From: Utricularia gibba
Taxonomy: Eukaryota; Plantae; Magnoliophyta
Assembly (NCBI GenBank): GCA_002189035.1
Contig: CM007991.1
Coordinates: forward strand, 3,224,001-3,288,000
DNA: 64,000 nucleotides
Direction: 5' to 3'
This document shows, one piece after another, positions 42,060-54,306 of the stretch. The stretch's first letter is position 1. The number at the start of each line of letters is the position of its first letter. The notes beneath the pieces are model-generated. The model was not told the origin of the DNA, searched no databases, and worked only from the letters and a program-made list of their open reading frames with translations. The translations under genes and the position numbers were made by a program.

Positions 42060-43146
42060 TCATGTCCATGCCATGGCGGTCTTTATGACATTGACGATGT
42101 CATGGTCATACCCTTTGAACTGATGATGGTCTCTTGGGATGACCTTCGTGTAGAAGTAGAAGCCGACACAGGCAACAGCCGGCGCGGCCCAAAAGACCCA
42201 GTGCCCGTCCCAAAGATGGCCGCCGCCGACGACCGCCGGGCCGAAGCACCGGGCTGGGTTTAAACCGGCGCCGGTGTATCCCTTCTTTCCGGTCACGGAT
42301 GTGGACACGAAGACGAGGAGACCTATGACCGTACCCACGTAGCTGAACACTTTCTCCCGCCCCAACTCCTTGGCCTGTCTGTAGTCGTAGGCCATCCAAA
42401 TGGACGCGAACAGGAAGATAAAGCAACAAAAGCACTCCATCCAGAAGGCCGACCCAGTCTCCAGCCCAATGGAAACGGGTCGCCCACCGGGGCCCGGCAC
42501 AATGGCGGCCAACGTGCAGCCGCCCATGGTGGAGGGCTCGCTGGGGATGATCACTCTCACCGCTAAAGCCCCGAGAACCGCGCCCACACACTGAGCAACT
42601 ATATAGATGACGGCGCGTGAGATGGAGATCAGCCCCACGAGGGCCGCGGAGAAGGAGACTATCGGGTTGATGTGGCCGCCGGAGATCGGCGCCACGGCGA
42701 GGAGGAGGATTGTGATGGTAACAGCGACGAGAACGGAGATCACCAAGTTCGTCATCTTAACGTCTGCGTTCACAGTTGAGATTATAATGGTGTCGAGCAT
42801 GAAGACCAGCACGGCGGTTCCCAACACTTCTCCCACCGACGCCCGCCATACCTGGTGCAGTCCCAAACAACACTTGATTTAAACAAGAAAAGCAAAACAC
42901 CTGATAATTACATAAAGGATCGCTTACTTCAGGAGAGGTCAGCTCATTCACACCGAGAAGCTCAGCAAGCGTGAGAGGGGATCCCTTCTTGTGGGCATCA
43001 ACAGCCAGCCTGCAAAACCAGAGACACTGATTCAAAACACAGAGACCAGAATCGAAGAAGGAGAAGGGGATGGCTTGCTTTGCTGCAGCGAAGGGCTGAA
43101 TCCTGAGTCCACAGGCATGATTCTCCACGTCAGAGTCTGAAGCCAT
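42060..43146 (-). CDS. XIP1: XIP (X intrinsic protein) aquaporin, 3 exons
   Basis: First motif SGGHINPI, second motif GAGLNPARCFGPA (NPARC), VWRAS.GE.LG, MGGC loop C, HWVFW..P. Introns about 42853-42929 and 43010-43078. Confidence 0.92.
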
Positions 43147-44242
43147 TTCCAGTGGCACCGTCTCAAGCCTTCCTCCACCTTCTCCTACTTACTTATATCC
43201 ATCTTTTTCCATGAGCACGAGCAGACTACTTACGGCTAGTTTGTGCCCATTTAATACAATAACAAGAATCTCGATGTAAAGAATCCAACATTGCGGCCTT
43301 TACGAGCTTAAGTACATGTGAACTCCCTCTTCCTTTATCCACTGATACGACATCGTTTTTCCCCTCTTTCAACAAAAAAAAAAAACAACTTTTCTTCCGT
43401 ACTGAGAACAGTTTAGGTGCATCAGATCAACTGCATTCTCATGCACATTAACTTGCGACTAAAAAAATTCACATTTTCTTGGATTGCAATTTGTATGTTC
43501 TGCATGAGTAGTGGTAATTTTACGGGGTATTTTTGAAAAATAACCGTGATTTTATCTCTCATATATTAATATCAATTTTTTTTTATTTTTTACACATACA
43601 ATGATTATTTTTCTTATATTTACAATGGGAGTGGCGTCTGTAAACAATGACACTAAAAAATTATTGTGTATAACTAAGGGGTAAAAGTAATATAAATTTA
43701 CAAATTGATTCTAATAAAGAAACGTCCCAAGAAAGGTAATTTTTTGGGGGATATTTTTCAAGTCACGGCCCCCTAAAAATAGCATGCACGTGGGTTAATT
43801 TGGAGGCTACACCGAGATAATTAACCGCAGTAAATTTGGAGTTACCGTTCTATGAACTGCTAGAGAGTTGTAGATAAAGATAAAGCAATCAACCCTTCAT
43901 CTCATAGTTACATTCCATTCAATTTAGATTCATCATTAAAACAAAAAAAATTAAATCTGTGATGTATAATAACTTTATTATTAAAAAAATTAAAAAATCA
44001 ATTCAATCTATTTAAGGGCAGATAGGGCACCCCCACCTGTTACTTTGAGTGCAGTATCATGTAAAAATCAGGTCAATTATTCTACCTAGAGATGGAGCAG
44101 TTGGAGGTTGATTCAAAGTAAGTTCCTTCATTAAACAACATAAGCACACTCTAAGGACACTATAATTGAAGCTGCCCCCGCCCTAGGAATTCACTTCAAT
44201 TTCACTACCATCTCGATACCCTTGATTGATTTTGGTAACATC

Positions 44243-44530
44243 AACCCTAAACCCTAATTAAACCATATAATAAAAACATTTATCCCAATTTTTGGCGGGG
44301 CTCTAGGATAAACTCATGGTTTAGTGTTCATAGTTCAGGATTTAGGATAAAATTATGAGTTATTTGGAGAACATATTTAAATAAAATTGTTGAAATTATA
44401 ATTTAGTGTAAAAACAATAACTGTTTAAAATAAATATGAATATTTAAATAAAAATAGTTTTTATTATTTAATTTTTATGTATCGTGGGCGGGCCTTTAAT
44501 GGGCCCTAGCGCTTGGCCCAGAGAAGCCCA
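44243..44530. promoter_or_regulatory. Telo-box plus site II elements of the V-ATPase c promoter
   Basis: AACCCTAAACCCTAA at 44243-44257; TGGGCC at 44500-44505, GGCCCA at 44515-44520, AGCCCA at 44525-44530. Confidence 0.5.
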
Positions 44531-44545
44531 TAAACGTGGGAGGTG

Positions 44546-44548
<3 letters not shown>

Positions 44549-44580
<32 letters not shown>
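44549..44580. repeat. (TG)16 microsatellite
   Basis: Perfect TG dinucleotide run read directly. Confidence 0.95.
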
Positions 44581-44582
<2 letters not shown>

Positions 44583-44698
44583 CTAGGGGAAGTCGAAGGG
44601 GGCACGTGTGGAAGGTTTCAGCTGTCGAGGAAGATCTGAGGCTAATCGAGTAGGATTTGTTGGATTCTACGATCGGAGCGATTTTAACGGAACTAATA

Positions 44699-45511
44699 AT
44701 GTCTTCCACGTTTAGTGGTGATGAAACTGCCCCGTTTTTCGGTTTCCTGGGGGCCGCGGCTGCTCTGGTCTTCTCCTGTGAGTTCCTCGATCTCGTTTGT
44801 TTTTGTTGCTTGAATTCGATCTGTGGTGCATCCAACTGTTGCTTGATTTTTTTTTTCTGAGTTTCTTTTAGTGGTTGATGGTTTTTTGTTAAATTTTTGC
44901 AAGATCGTTTATTTGGTTGAATTAGGATTGGTTTCAGGAGATTAGTTTCTTCTGCTTGATGTTGGGTTGTGTTTGATGGGCTACTGAGTTTTTCTCTTTT
45001 CTAGGTATGGGTGCGGCCTATGGCACTGCAAAAAGTGGCGTGGGTGTCGCTTCAATGGGAGTCATGAGGCCGGAGCTGGTCATGAAATCAATTGTTCCAG
45101 TGGTCATGGCTGGTGTTCTTGGAATTTATGGTTTAATTATTGCTGTAATCATCAGTACCGGGATTAATCCGAAAGCCAAGTCTTATTACCTTTTTGATGG
45201 CTATGCTCATCTATCTTCTGGCCTTGCTTGTGGTCTTGCTGGCCTTGCAGCTGGAATGGCGATTGGCATCGTTGGAGATGCTGGCGTGAGGTACTTTTCC
45301 ATAACGTAGCTTTGTGATTTATCCTGGTTGATGCATAGTATACCTGGAATTCATGTATCCCTTGGTTGCTATGTGCAGGGCGAATGCACAGCAGCCGAAG
45401 CTCTTTGTTGGGATGATTCTTATTCTCATTTTTGCTGAAGCTCTGGCGCTCTATGGTCTTATTGTCGGAATTATTTTGTCTTCGCGTGCTGGCCAGTCCA
45501 GAGCGGACTAG
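44699..45511 (+). CDS. VHA-c: V-type proton ATPase 16 kDa proteolipid subunit c, 3 exons
   Basis: [26 protein letters not shown]|[14 protein letters not shown]...GDAGVR|[26 protein letters not shown]...SRAD*. Confidence 0.98.
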
Positions 45512-45937
45512 GTATTATTGATCCCTGATCAAGAATTCCTTTTAGAAGCTATAGTAATCAAGGCAGGGAGAAAGCATCACACGAAAATCGGTTCCCTACC
45601 CTGTACTTCTCCTCACTTTGCAAGTGATGTTATTTCTGCTGAATAAGAGCTGCCTTGGTGCTTCCACTGTGACCGCTCATTGTCATGTTTCCAGTTTTCT
45701 TGTGCACACCTTTGCAGTGTTTCTTTCCACTGTGCATGCGTCATGTTATATATTTTGTGGATATTCAATATTCTATCATCGTTGTTCTCCCATGTTTATG
45801 TTTTCAGTATCCACATTCTCCTGAACAGCATAAGCACATAGATTCTGAGAACAGCATTTCAATAGACCGAAGGATAAAGGGAACAATGAATCCCGTCAAC
45901 TTATTGATATTGCTTGTTGAAAAAGCAGCACCCCACT

Positions 45938-47036
45938 TCAGCTCTCCCATATCTCAGGTACCACTTCTTTTATGCAGTGTATGGTGCTTAAAACAATGTC
46001 CGCACCCGGCACCGGACTCGATCTTCCTACCTGCATTGACAGCATCCACCTTATCGACTCAATCTTTGGACCATAACAATGATCTCAACTCACAATTGCC
46101 GTCCGCAACCCGGCCGCTTTCCCACTTGCAATGTTTGAGCTGCTGTCATCAAACAGGATCTAGGAAAAAGTAACACAGAAGGATGAGGTAGATGGTGGTT
46201 TTGAAAATTAGTGTAACCAGAACCAGAAGATGGCTTCTCACAGTTCTTTCAGGATCAGCATTCGCTATCCGAATCGCAGCTTCCATCGCTTGGACAGAAG
46301 GCTTGCACAGGATGTTCATGTTCCCATTTCTCATACTCGGATCAGGATCTTGCTCTTTGTTCAGAGATTCGAAGCTTATAACTCCATGGAAGCAATCCTC
46401 AATCCCCAACCTGCTGAGCACCTGATCTACATGCATTCTGTCTGCATTTGTGAAGACCTGAAACCACACCGGAAATTGAGCAAACCCCCCTAAGTGCTCA
46501 TAGGTATAAAATGCTCATTCTCACCACCCTCTTCTGTGGCATGGAGAGTAGCAGCTCCCGCAGCTCTGTATCAGGCATCAGCAGATCATACGGCAATCTT
46601 CCATGAACATATGCATGAAACTCATCATCGTCGAACTCGTATCCGAGCGCCTCCGCGACAACGACGACGATCGATCGGATCAGTCGTCTTGCATGTATGT
46701 ACAAAGGTATTACCGAGAGGGAGAAACAACAGAAAAAGAAAAATACCTTGAGACCAGCAAATGTGGTTCCATATTTCTCATACAGCTCCAAGCACATCCG
46801 TGGCACTTGATCTTCTTCTATGTTGAGCCGATGCTGCATGAAATCTACCAGTAGAAAAACCATCAACACAACGCCCAAATACAACGTGGTTTTCACAACA
46901 AAACAACACACAAGAAACCTTGTATGTTTTTTCTACAGGCAGTGTTGAACCCCAAGCTCAAAGGGTACAAGGTGTCGTCCATATCGAACAGTAAGCACTC
47001 GTATTTGGAACCGCTTCTGAGCTCCGCGCCTTCCAT
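45938..47036 (-). CDS. HAD-superfamily SDT1/pyrimidine-5'-nucleotidase-like phosphatase, copy A (At3g62040-like)
   Basis: Motif I YECLLFDMDDTLYP; YVHGRLPY; FTNAD; LCKPS; motif IV FDDS; ends PEIWES*. Confidence 0.9.
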
Positions 47037-47735
47037 CTTCAATGCTCTGTTCTGGAAGGGGAGATCGAGATCGGAAGGAAAATGACTGTTACAAGAGGTC
47101 TGCGTTTTCTGTGTTTTTTTTTTTAATGAATGTTGGTTAGCAAATCTCCAGGTTTTGTGGAGAACACCATTTTTTAATGTTTGAATATTTAATAATTATA
47201 ATTTAAAATATGAAGGATTGGATTGGATTGGCATTTGGCAGTTGGGCCGAGAATTAATTATAATACATTTTTGAGGCGTGGCGAAAGAACAGAGAGGCCC
47301 AAATAGGCGTAAAGATCTACTAAAGGAAATGGCAGTTTCAAATAATAAATTAAATGCGTGAGAAATTGCCGCCAAATGTTTCCTAGTCGATCATTTCACG
47401 CAGATAATCCTTCGCTCAGGGCTGCCTGCTGAAAAGGTAATCCACTTTTGGATTCGAGTTTTTCGTGTGTAAAACTGAGGGAGTTTCTTATGAAATTGAT
47501 GCGAATCATGAGTTCACCGTAGATTTCACGTTTTTCTGTTTCTCATTTGTTGTGTTTTTGCATTTTGATTCACAATCGGAAGAAGTATCTGTGGTGTGCG
47601 GCCAAGAAATTCCGATTTCAAGTTCCTGATCTGTCCTTGGAGTTCTGTTTTCTGATTATAAGTTCAGGATATGTAAAATTTTGTAGTTCATGGATAAACT
47701 AGTCGATTGCACCTTTTCTCCGCAGTTTCGTCGGA

Positions 47736-48390
47736 ATGGAGACTGAAGGTTTGAATGGCCGTACGGTGAAACGGATAAAGCACTCCGTATGCTTTCTCTA
47801 CTTTCAGCTGTTGAATTTCCAAAAAAGAAAAAGATAAAATACACCGCATCGTGTTGATGATAGGTTGGGGATGATGAGACCTTGGTAGCAGATTCAACAA
47901 CCGTGCAGCTTACGGAGGAAGCAAATGAGTCAAAAGCTTCTGAGAAAGTAGAGATGGATATCGTTAACATTCTTGATATGATAAATAATTACACTCAAAT
48001 GGTTTGCATTCAACTTTGGATACTCTATGTGACTTTAGCGTATGCGCGATAAAAGTTCTGACTCTGATGTGATGACTGTGTTGTAAAAGGTTTCAGACCT
48101 CCTCGAATCAGGGAAGTCGATGCTGAAGGAACTGACAGACGAATTCGAGGAGAGAGTGTTTCTGTAAGTGAAAAAAGAAACCAGAAAAAAAAAAGAGACT
48201 GGGCTTACTGGAAATCTTTTGAACATCTTAGGCTTGTTTTTATTTGGCGAACAGAATTCACAAGGAACAGATCGAGAAATGGCAGGAGCAGGTTAAGGAA
48301 CTTCGCTTACTTGATTCGGAAAATGAGGAGGTTGATGCCTGTTTGAGCAGTGCAAGGTATCTACTTCAGAAAGTTCATCTTGGAGCTTGA
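47736..48390 (+). CDS. Small conserved plant coiled-coil protein of unknown function, 4 exons (about 120 aa)
   Basis: Not in the ORF track. Exons about 47736-47786, 47864-48001, 48090-48163 and 48254-48390 splice in phase to METEGLNGRTVKRIKHS...VSDLLESGKSMLKELTDEFEERVFLIHKEQIEKWQEQVKELRLLDSENEE...KVHLGA*. Resembles Arabidopsis At1g23150 from memory. Confidence 0.75.
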
Positions 48391-48700
48391 TGGAAAGCTC
48401 GATCAAGAACTTCATTTTCTTTAAATGCATATGTAGTTTCGTTCAGATTTAAGAACATGGGTGGCTTTTAGAGAAGGTTCATTCAGGTTAGGGTGGGTTT
48501 TGTCTATAAACTATAGCAGGTACAAAGGCTTGAGTCAGCATAAGATGAATCTAGTCGATTAGGTTAGTCCAAGCTAAGTTACCTTTGAACTTGCATAGCA
48601 ACATTGACTGTCGATAAGACATAAAGGAAGACTACGCGTTTGATGTTAACACTGGCTCGAGCCTTATTACCATACTTGCCAAGTATCCAGCTAATGTTGC

Positions 48701-49887
48701 CTATGCTTGGACAACAGTTCCTATAACAGAGGATTGGATCATCTTCTCCAGGTACTCTTCCTCATTCTCCCATATTTCAGGTAGCGCTTCTCTTATGTTG
48801 TGCATACTGTTTAAAGCAAGGTCTGCACCTGGAAGAAGAGTTGATCTTCCCACCTACATTAATTGTTTTTAATAATTAAGTGCCTTCCGTTATGCTCCTG
48901 AAAAACATCACAGTCTGAAAGTAGTGAAATATATTGAACTCACAATTACAGTATGCAGCCCAACTGCTTTTGCGCTTCCAACATTACGGATGCTATCATC
49001 AAAGAAGATCTTAAGAAGAACAGAGAGAAGTTGATTTCAGTCATTTGGCTGTGTTTAGACATAATTAAAAAAGTCATAAGCGTTTTATGCTTACTGTTTT
49101 CTTCGGATCAATGCCAGCTATGCTTATGGCTGCTTCAAATGCTTGGATTGAGGGCTTGCATAGAATTTCATTCTTGAAAGTAGAATCTTCTCCATTAATC
49201 TTTCCTTCATTCACACTGTCCATGAATTTGGCAGGTACAGGAGGGTTAAGAGTTTCGAAGCATATAACACCATCAAAGCAATCCTCCAACTGCAACCGAC
49301 TAAGCACTTGAGCTACATGTACTTTGTCTGCATTCGTGAAGATCTGAAACCAGAACAACACAGGTAAAACAGCCCCTGATTCTTTCAATTTGATTTGATA
49401 ACTGACATACTATTTTCTTTTGACACATGGACAATAGGAGGTTTCTCAGCACCGGATCAGGCTTCAGCAAGTCATACGGTAATCTCCCATGAACATAAGC
49501 ATGAAACTCATCATTATCGAACTCGTACCCGATCACCTGCAAGAAGCAAAAGGTACAAATAAGTCACAGCGCATTCTTCAAGCTTAACATATCGACTAGT
49601 TTATTGCACACCTTAAGACCAGCCATTGTGGTTCCATACTTTTTGTACAACTCGTAGCACATGGTAGGCACTACAGTTTCTTCAATATGCAAGTGATGCT
49701 GCATGTATTCTACCAGCACACCAAATCTTGTTACAATAGGAAAAATTCCCTATCAACACTTGACACACAACAAGCTCATACCTTGTATGTTCTTGCGGCA
49801 GGCCTCGCTGATTCCTGAGCTCAGAGGATAGAGGGTATCATCCATATCAAACAGCAAGCACTCATATTTTCTCAAAGCTTCCTCCAT
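48701..49887 (-). CDS. HAD-superfamily SDT1-like phosphatase, copy B
   Basis: YECLLFDMDDTLYPLSSG, YEFDNDEFHAYVHGRLPY, IFTNAD, LCKPS, IFFDDSIRN; same exon structure as copy A; ends VVQA*. Confidence 0.92.
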
Positions 49888-50854
49888 CTCCGAAAGGGAA
49901 ACAAGTTCTGAAGGAAATCCTGCACAATGGGTAAGCATTTCTGGCGCTTTTGGGGAGTTCGGTAACATATATATAAATGCTTGAGTAGGCGCCAAATCTC
50001 CACGATTTCCCCAGTGGATATGCGTCCATTACCTGAGGCTGAATTGAAAAGGAATGCAGTCGCTGGGAAGTCACATTCAAGCTCCGGGCACGCAGCAGAC
50101 GGCTGAATCGCGATCCTGAGAGCTACAAATCAAAATCTCAGCTTCTTTATTTCGAGATGGATCTGGGCATGTGGAAAATGGAAAATCGCAGCTTCCTAAT
50201 TTTGTGGGTCCTCTGGCCCCAATACGACGCCGTCGCGTTGGGTTCTGAGTCTTCCTTGGTGCACTAACTCGGATAATTATTGATTAGCCTGGCCCAGTCT
50301 CCAGGCCCAAGGAGGGGATGTTATGGCCCACGCGTTTATTTGAAGGCCTATTATAAAATAAAAAAAAATAAGGAGGTGCGTGGACATAAACTTCAGTAAT
50401 TTGTTTTTAAATTTTTCAATCCTGAATTTGTCTAAAATTATGAGGTGGATTGTTTTGAACAACTCATGGTCTGTGCTGCAGGTAATGTTCAGCCGGCAAA
50501 CTCTGTATTATGCCAGCATTTTTTATCAGGGAGATCAGGAGAAAAAAGCTGCTTCCTCATGTGGTGCTGACGCCATAGTTGACCAGCATCCTTGTAAGTT
50601 TATGCATAGTGCTTCATGTTCTCATTCTCCAAACTGCAGTTAAATTGTAACTTCAGCAGCAATTATCAGTGTGCGGGGATCAGGCATCCAACTCAAAAAA
50701 CAAACCGGAGGAGATGCAGGAAATAACGTGACCACACTTCTTATTATCTATCTCAGTAACAAAGAGGGAGTAAATATTAAACCTATGAGAGCATATCAGA
50801 AGAACCGACCCAGTGTTGCAAAATTGCATCATCGAATTCCCAACTCACATTCCA

Positions 50855-52837
50855 TCATGGGCGCGGTGCTGCAGGGAGCTGCGCAGAGGCATTGGGTACT
50901 TGAGCAGGAGTTGCCATTGTACGGTAATGACTAGCCATCTCAGGAGGAACAGTCTGAGTATAATACACTGGAGGATGTGAAGGGTCGGCAAGCTGATAGG
51001 TGAAAGAGGGAGCGTTTGAATGAGACGGTGTAGGTATTTGACTGAAACCAACATACTGTGATTGGTGTTGGCCGGAGGGAAGGTGTACCAGTTGTGGAGT
51101 TGGGGCAACAGCTGGTCTATACACTCCACTAGGAAGTTCTGGTCTGGATGGAGGACTAAGAGAAGCTACACCAGCAGGTGGAGGGATTTCGTGGTGGCTA
51201 GGATGAGCGGATGCTGCCACTTCAGTGTATGCAGGCTTGAAGTTGTATGCTTGGGTAGGTGGTCTAGCAGACATGAAATAGAATGGATGCTGCTGATCAT
51301 GAAGAGGCTGATGGTGTAGCGGCTGGGATGCGTAAACAGGGTGGTAGTAAGATGCAAACGGCATAGCTCCGGCTGGAAAGTACGGGTTTCCAGCATGAAC
51401 AAACTGCTGTGTGTGATGCAAGGGAGGGTGGTTTTGGTCATAGTGGCCAGATAACATATACCCATGTTCCTGAAGTAGCGGTTGCCCTCGAACCTTAATG
51501 CCATCTGGTTCCCCATCTTTGGTATCAGGAGTAACCTTACTGCTCCCTGTTTGCACCTGTGCATTTGGTTCTTGATGCAGAGCTTGAGTTTGCCTAGACA
51601 GAGGGTCTCTAGCACTTCCCTCGCTGCATCAATTGTCAGGATGAAGTAGTGTCAGACAGGCAACTAACTATCAGAGGTAGCGCAAATTTGTTTGGAGTTT
51701 CTACCTTGAAACAGAATCAGGAGAAGGCAATTCAGTGGCACCAACTGGTTTCAGTTGAGTTTGAGCGACCGGTTGAGTCTGTGCTTGAAGCTGAACTGTT
51801 ACAGCTCCACCCTGCTCCGATCTCTCGTCATCGGAAAAAGCCCTGTTGACGACATATTCACCGCCCACCACCACCGGCAAACCAGATGCAACCGCCGGAG
51901 CCACAAAAACGCGTAGTTCTTCTGGCTTTGGAGGCAGATTAACATTACCACCTCCAACCAGTCTCATCTGCTGGAAATGATCCTCAATCCCCAGAACGCC
52001 GCCGAATCTTGGATTCTCCTCCACATGCACCTTTATCGGCGGTAAGTTCGCCATGGATGGTGGGCTGGAAATAGATCCGAAAGACGACGACGAGTCAAGC
52101 ATCGGAGAATCTGGAATTGATTGTACATCAGGATGAAGATTAGCAGCTCCCCCAGTTTTCGAACCCTCCAGTTGCCTTTCACCTTCCTTCGATCCGTTCG
52201 CGGGTTTCCCCAGTGGATCGTCATCCAGACCAAGAAGATTGCTGATCGACGAAGTCTCTGAAAAGCCAAGATCGCTGGCGCCGCCGGAGAGGTGCGTACT
52301 GGTCTTCCCATTCAGAGCGTTGAAGAACCAATCATCCGTCTTCGCCGACCCGGTTTCGGCAAGAAACTGCTCGATGTTCGACGGCGATTTCGGAAACAGA
52401 AAAAGGCGAAGGCGGCCGTGCTTTCCTCCGGTGGGATTACTAAGGCGGTCACATTCCTCCACCATGTTCTCGAAATCCTCATCCGTCGACACGGAGATCA
52501 AGGAATCCAATTCCTCATCAGGCAGTTGATATTTCAGGGTGAAGCCCTGGTTTTGAAGGAGGCTTTTGGAGAGGCGGCGGTGGAGGTCAGACAACGTCGT
52601 GTGCCGTTCAATTACGATAATCCGCGTATCGCCCCCTACGTAGTACAGAGTCTTGTCATGAGGGCGCGGGACGATGTGCCCCCCATAGCTGCACATAAGG
52701 CGAAGCTTCTCCGGCTTCAGGGAAGCAGGATCCGCCTCCCACGATGAGCGCGGCGAGGAATCGACGAATTCCGTTGCGGCGGCGTTCACGGTGGGCGGAG
52801 CTGCTGCTGACAGCGACGGCGCCAGTGCGGTCTCCAT
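50855..52837 (-). CDS. PB1 (octicosapeptide/Phox/Bem1p) domain protein, 2 exons
   Basis: KLRLMCSYGGHI.PRPHDK.L.YVGGDTRI, TLKYQLP.E.LDSLISV.TDED..NM..E, RLRLFLFP; P/Q/H-rich C-terminus. A phase-2 intron about 51625-51703 joins the two long ORFs. Confidence 0.93.
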
Positions 52838-53496
52838 TGTAGGAGAGAGAATTGGAGGAATATCGAGAAATTCACGGTAGGATTGCGGGGTCCGGGCCTG
52901 AGCGCTGTCTTAACTTTCCAGCTGTAAATTTAATTTTCGGGATTAATGGCTTTTCTATTTTTCCTATTGGTCGAGGGAGCGGCAACTGGCATCCTGAAAG
53001 ATGAAAATCCTTCCAAATCCAAGGATCAGGAAATAAATAGCGATGGTTTTAATAACACTTGACAAGGAGTGCCTAATAATCATATAATGGTGGTTCAACT
53101 GCTCCCCTGCCGCTCTGTATTAAAACATTATTATATTCAACCCTGATGGATCATGCGGCCAACAAAAATCCCCCCCTCTCTCTTTCTCCCCAATTGCACG
53201 GGTGGGATGCCTTATCTCATTTCTCGTAGGTTTCATAACATCAAACGAGGCACAGAAGCAGAAAACCAACAAGCCTGGGCGTCTGTTGCATCATCCAGAA
53301 GGCAACGGCACAGTCTCTGCAATATCTGGAAACGCTTCTCGCCCAGAATCCAAGCCGCTGCTGCCTTGCAGAGTTAAAATTCGACATGAATTCAAGAGCA
53401 AGCATCGGTAGTATCATCACAGACAAGTAGTTCACACGGAAAATAGGAAGAGCAGCAGACAACATTAACTTGATGAATTGTCAGGGACTGGATTCG

Positions 53497-54306
53497 TCAC
53501 TTTTCGGGGTCTGCTGCATTGTGGTTGTTGTCTCGGGGTTCACCGTTGCCCTCATCAGACGACTTACCAACAGAGCCACTCCGCCGACCATGCTTCTCTC
53601 CGCCGGATTCTGGAGAGCCAACTGCATGGGTGTGCTTCTTGTGCCTGGAATGCCGCTTCTTTCTGTCAGCCTCATCACTAGAAGAATCTGAAAGGGCATC
53701 ATCACTCGAGGGATGGTGCTTGCGATGCTTCAAGTGAGCTTTCTTCCTGGCTGCTTCCTCATCGCTGGAATAAGCCGCATGTCTAGAATTTGATTTTCGA
53801 TGATGATGATGATGACTGTGACGCTTAGCATCTTTCCTTCTTCTGACATCATCATCTGATGATTCGGAATCAGAGGTTTCAGAAGAAGTGTCACCTCGGT
53901 GTGTTTTATGGCTGTGCTTCTTACTCTTCAGCTCCTCAGAGTCGCTGTCATAACCCTCTTCACTGCTGTCATCTGAACCTGAAGATCTCCTCTTTGTTTT
54001 TGGCTTGGACCTTTTACGCCTCTTTTCTTGTTCCTCAGATTCGGAGTGATCATGATGATGCCTTCGCTTCCTGTGGGACTTTTTACTCCTCTTCCTCCCA
54101 TCATAATAATCACCATCAGTATCAGAATCTGAGCTGGATGAAGACTTTCTCTTCTGCTTCTTTGCCTTCCTCTGCTTCGCTAATTCATCAGCTTTTGCCT
54201 TTGCAGCGGCTTCAAGCTTCTGTTCCCATTTCAAAGGCGCTTCCTTCTTGGCAAGAATTCTCTTTTTCTTTTCCTCAACCAGCTGCAAGAATTTCTTGGC
54301 ATCCAT
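53497..54306 (-). CDS. Lys/Ser/His-rich low-complexity nuclear-type protein with conserved N-terminus
   Basis: 269-aa ORF starting MDAKKFLQLVEEKKKR...KEAPLKWEQKLEAAAKAK, followed by K/R/S/D/H tracts. Two leader introns (54317-54659, about 54726-54996). Confidence 0.8.
   Translation of the reverse strand: MDAKKFLQLVEEKKKRILAKKEAPLKWEQKLEAAAKAKADELAKQRKAKKQKRKSSSSSDSDTDGDYYDGRKRSKKSHRKRRHHHDHSESEEQEKRRKRSKPKTKRRSSGSDDSSEEGYDSDSEELKSKKHSHKTHRGDTSSETSDSESSDDDVRRRKDAKRHSHHHHHRKSNSRHAAYSSDEEAARKKAHLKHRKHHPSSDDALSDSSSDEADRKKRHSRHKKHTHAVGSPESGGEKHGRRSGSVGKSSDEGNGEPRDNNHNAADPEK

Noticed and set aside
43524-43773. Possible Mutator-like MITE (GGGG..TTGAAAAATA at the left end, TATTTTTCAA..CCCC at the right end)
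   Set aside because: The inverted match is only about 10 bp with unequal offsets and the flanks show no 9-bp TSD. It cannot be supported without a copy-number search.
44243-44257. AACCCTAAACCCTAA as an interstitial telomere
   Set aside because: Only two units; better explained as a promoter telo-box.
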